Below the pieces are notes generated by a model. It ran no database searches, was not told the origin of the DNA, and saw only the letters and a list, made by a program, of their open reading frames with translations. Made by a program: the position numbers and the translations under genes. Of a stretch of 64,000 bases of DNA, positions 60,764-64,000 are shown piece after piece. The stretch's first letter is position 1. Each line of letters starts with the position of its first letter. Source of the stretch: Vulcanococcus sp. (lineage in GTDB: Bacteria > Cyanobacteriota > Cyanobacteriia > PCC-6307 > Cyanobiaceae); assembly GCF_019264575.1 (NCBI RefSeq), contig NZ_JAHUZV010000026.1; one strand, given 5' to 3'.

Positions 60764-61726
60764 GTGCTGGTGAAGGTGCGCTGGCTGCTGATGCTGTTGC
60801 CGTTTGCCCTCTGGGGCACGGCAATGGCGGCCATGAAGCCGTTGCTGGTGGACGCCGGCCCCTTGACCCTGGCCTGGATGCGGCTGCTGCCGGCGGGTGT
60901 GGTGTTGCTACTGGCCGCCTGGCTATGGCGCGGCAACTGGCGAGTGGATCGGCGCGATTGGCTGTGGCTGATGCTGTTTGCCCTGGTGGATGCCACCGCC
61001 TTTCAGGCCTTGCTCGCCCGCGGCTTGGTGGGCACGGGAGCGGGGTTGGGTTCGGTGTTGATCGATTCGCAGCCGCTGCTGGTGGCTCTGCTGGCCCGCA
61101 GCCTCTTCGGTGATGCGATTAACCCGGTGGGCTGGCTTGGGCTGTTGGTGGGGTTGCTCGGCATCCTCTGCCTCGGCTTGCCGGCGCCGCTGCTGCGCCA
61201 CTGGTGGCTGATGGGGCCGGAGTTTCTGGGGGACCAGGCCTGGAGCCATGGCGAGCTCTGGATGCTCTCCGCTGCCCTGGCCATGGCCCTTGGCACGGTG
61301 ATCAGCCGTTACGCCTGCCGCCATAGCGATGCGGTGGCGGTGACGGGTTGGCACATGCTGTTGGGTGCTCTGCCGCTGCTGGCCGGATCGGCCCTATTGC
61401 CGGCGTTCAGTGCAGAAGCCCCGCCGTTTTGGCCCGATTGGACCCTGTTGCAATGGGGGTTGATGGCCTACGCCGCCTTGCTGGGCAGTGCCGTGGCTTA
61501 TGGCTTGTTCTTCTGGTTCGCCAACCACGGCGATCTCACCAGCTTCACCTCGCTCACCTTCCTCACCCCCGTGTTCGCCTTGCTCTGTGGTGTGGTGTTG
61601 CTGGACGAGCAGCTGGAGCCGCTGCAGTGGCTGGGTGCGGCGTTCGCCCTGGTGAGTGTGGTGTTGATCAATCGACGATCTTTGCTTTGGCATCCCAAGG
61701 GCGCTGCGGCTGAGGTGGTGCCATGA
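60764..61726 (+). CDS. DMT/EamA family transporter
   Basis: About 10 TM, LWGTAM, IDSQPL, FLTPVFA. Confidence 0.92.
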   Translation: MLVKVRWLLMLLPFALWGTAMAAMKPLLVDAGPLTLAWMRLLPAGVVLLLAAWLWRGNWRVDRRDWLWLMLFALVDATAFQALLARGLVGTGAGLGSVLIDSQPLLVALLARSLFGDAINPVGWLGLLVGLLGILCLGLPAPLLRHWWLMGPEFLGDQAWSHGELWMLSAALAMALGTVISRYACRHSDAVAVTGWHMLLGALPLLAGSALLPAFSAEAPPFWPDWTLLQWGLMAYAALLGSAVAYGLFFWFANHGDLTSFTSLTFLTPVFALLCGVVLLDEQLEPLQWLGAAFALVSVVLINRRSLLWHPKGAAAEVVP

Positions 61727-62799
61727 AGCTGTTGGTGGTGGCCACAGCCCTGGGGCCGTTGGGCAGTGGCCGCGGGGGCGGCGTGGAACTCACCCTCGCC
61801 GGCCTGGTGGCTGGGCTGCTGCAGCGGGGGCATCGGATGACCGTGCTGGCGGCGGGAGGTTCGCAGTTGCCGGGTGATTGCGCCGCCGCAGAGCTTTGGA
61901 GCTGCGCTGGCGTGCCGCAGCCGAGCGTGCAGCACCAGGGCCGGAAGGCGCTGATCACCATGCCGGCGGATGCGCTACTGGCTCGCTTCTGGCGGCGGGT
62001 GCTTGCTGAGGCGCCGGCGGCGGGGTTCGATGCGGTGCTCAACCTCGGCTACGACTGGCTGCCCTTCTGGCTCACGCCCACCACGGCCCTGCCCCTGTTT
62101 CACCTGGTGAGCATGGGGTCGGTGAACGCCGCCATGGATGCGGTGATCGCTGAGGTGGCCGCCTGGGATCAGCGCCGCCTTGCCTTTCACACCGCCGCTC
62201 AGGCGGCGGACTTTGCTCTGCCCCACCCCCCGCTGCTGGTTGGGAATGGCTTTGACCTGAGCGCCTATCAGTTCAAGGCTGAGCCCGAAGCCTTGCTCGG
62301 CTGGGTGGGTCGCGTGGCGCCAGAGAAGGGCCTGGAGGATGCAGCGGCTGCTGCTGCTCGCTGCGGCTTGCCATTGGCGGTGTGGGGCCTGGTGGAAGAC
62401 GAGGCCTATGCCGCCGCTGTGCAGGCTTCGGTGCCAGCAGACACGTTGCAATGGCGGGGATTCCTGCCCACGGCGCAGCTGCAGGCGGAGCTGGGATGGT
62501 GCCGGGCTCTGCTGAATACGCCGAAATGGAATGAGGCCTACGGCAACGTGGTGGTGGAGGCGATGGCCTGCGGTGTGCCCGTGCTGGCCTATCGCCGCGG
62601 TGGTCCGGCCGAGCTGGTGCAGCCCGGTGTGAACGGCTGGCTGGTGGAACCTGACGACGTCACGGCCCTGGCGGAGGCGGTGGAGCAGGTGGAGCGGATC
62701 GATCGCAGCGCATGCCGCCACTGGGTGGAGCGGCATGCCTCGCGGGAGGTGCTGGCCGCGCGCATCGAAGCCTGGCTGGAGCAGGGCCTGCAGCCGTAA
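61723..62799 (+). CDS. Glycosyltransferase family 4
   Basis: GGGVE, GRVAPEKG, EAYGNVVVEAMACGVPV. Confidence 0.92.
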   Translation: MKLLVVATALGPLGSGRGGGVELTLAGLVAGLLQRGHRMTVLAAGGSQLPGDCAAAELWSCAGVPQPSVQHQGRKALITMPADALLARFWRRVLAEAPAAGFDAVLNLGYDWLPFWLTPTTALPLFHLVSMGSVNAAMDAVIAEVAAWDQRRLAFHTAAQAADFALPHPPLLVGNGFDLSAYQFKAEPEALLGWVGRVAPEKGLEDAAAAAARCGLPLAVWGLVEDEAYAAAVQASVPADTLQWRGFLPTAQLQAELGWCRALLNTPKWNEAYGNVVVEAMACGVPVLAYRRGGPAELVQPGVNGWLVEPDDVTALAEAVEQVERIDRSACRHWVERHASREVLAARIEAWLEQGLQP

Positions 62800-62832
62800 G
62801 CGATAACGTCGTGCCTGACGCAGCTCGCCCTG

Positions 62833-64000
62833 GTGCCCCGCAGGTTCGTGTTGCCGTTGGTGCTGCTCTGCGGGCTTGCCCTGTTTGTGTGGGGGCTCGG
62901 CAGTACGGGGTTGGTGGATGAAACACCGCCCCTGTTTGCCGCCTCGGCTCGGGCCATGGCGCGCACGGGTGATTGGCTGATTCCTCGGGTGAATGGCTTG
63001 CCCCGCTACGACAAGCCGCCCCTTGTGTATTGGCTGATGGGGCTGATCTATGCCCTGCCGGGCCAGCCGCAGTGGGATCCCCTTGGCACATGGGCCGCCC
63101 GGTTGCCGTCGGCGCTGAGCAGCGTGGGTTTGATGGTGGTGATGGCGGCCGCGTTGCTGCGCTGGCCTCAGCCGATGGCTGCCGGCCGCTGGCCGGCGCC
63201 ATCCCAGCAGACGATCACTGCGGTGAGCGCTGCGCTGGCGTTCGCCCTCTCACCGCTGGTGTTGCTCTGGAGCCGCATCGCCGTGAGCGATGCCTTGCTC
63301 ACTGGCTTGCTTGGGGCCGTGCTGCTGCTGTTTTGGCGTTGTTATGCCGGTGGCGGCCGCGCCTGGCTGGCCTGGATCCTGCTTGGCCTGGCGGTGCTGG
63401 CCAAGGGGCCCGTGGCGGTGGTGCTGGCGGGGATCACCCTCACAGCGTTTGGCCTGTGGCAGCGCGATCTGCGCGGGTTGGTGGCTCGGCTGCGCCCTTG
63501 GCCGGGCCTCGGCATCACGGCTTTGGTGGCTCTGCCTTGGTATGGCCTGGCGGCGCTGGTGGAAGGGCGTCCCTTTATCGACAGCTTTTTCGGCTACCAC
63601 AACCTGCAGCGCTTCACCGGTGTGGTGAACAACCACCTGCAGCCTTGGTGGTTTTTCCTGCCGGTGCTGGTGGTGGCGTCGCTGCCGTTCACGCCTCTGT
63701 TGCTCGCCGGGTTGGCGGGAGGGTTCCGCAGCCGCACCATCAGCCTTCCGCCCGAGCAGTCGCTGCAGCGCTACGCCACCTGTTGGCTGCTGGCGGTGCT
63801 GCTCTTCTTTACCCTGGCGGCCACCAAACTCCCCAGCTACTGGCTCCCGGCTACCCCAGCCGCCGGCGTGTTGATCGCCCTGGCAGCGCAGCAGCGCCCG
63901 GGCCGCTGGGTGATGGCGAGCACTCTCGCTCTTCAAGCCGTGCTGGCTGTGGGGTTGGCCGCCTCAGGTCGCTGGGTGCCGCTGATTAACGAACCGGAAC
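62833..64000 (+). CDS. ArnT/GT39-type membrane glycosyltransferase, truncated by window edge; not in ORF track
   Basis: Manual frame: GLVDETPPLFAASARAMARTGDWLIPRVNGLPRYDKPPLVYW, LAKGPVA, HNLQRF, TKLPSYW; start approximate. Confidence 0.9.
   Translation, partial: MPRRFVLPLVLLCGLALFVWGLGSTGLVDETPPLFAASARAMARTGDWLIPRVNGLPRYDKPPLVYWLMGLIYALPGQPQWDPLGTWAARLPSALSSVGLMVVMAAALLRWPQPMAAGRWPAPSQQTITAVSAALAFALSPLVLLWSRIAVSDALLTGLLGAVLLLFWRCYAGGGRAWLAWILLGLAVLAKGPVAVVLAGITLTAFGLWQRDLRGLVARLRPWPGLGITALVALPWYGLAALVEGRPFIDSFFGYHNLQRFTGVVNNHLQPWWFFLPVLVVASLPFTPLLLAGLAGGFRSRTISLPPEQSLQRYATCWLLAVLLFFTLAATKLPSYWLPATPAAGVLIALAAQQRPGRWVMASTLALQAVLAVGLAASGRWVPLINEPE

Overview
High-GC picocyanobacterial (Synechococcus/Cyanobium-type) chromosome segment. 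It is mostly core genes: chlG, hisF, glyQ, ilvC, clpR/P, ftsQ/ftsZ, ddl, murA/murE, lpdA, trpC, rpsD, the rpmH-rnpA-yidC cluster, four tRNAs and the SRP RNA. Four accessory-looking blocks stand out. (1) A lower-GC type IV pilin cassette (one major and at least four minor pilins, 1-3268) is divergent from a three-gene two-component system, with an 11-bp-period direct repeat in the shared promoter. (2) A vapBC toxin-antitoxin pair has a clear palindromic operator. (3) A CBM2-GH18 chitinase, a LuxR-type pseudo-receiver regulator and a secreted LysM protein sit between glyQ and comEC; this is the most intriguing block, possibly a chitin-responsive surface or competence module. (4) A DUF2808-like gene is anomalously AT-rich for its core neighbourhood. 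I found no integrase, transposase, prophage or CRISPR array. All family assignments come from motif recognition by eye, not database searches, and several start codons are my best choice rather than the ORF-track start.
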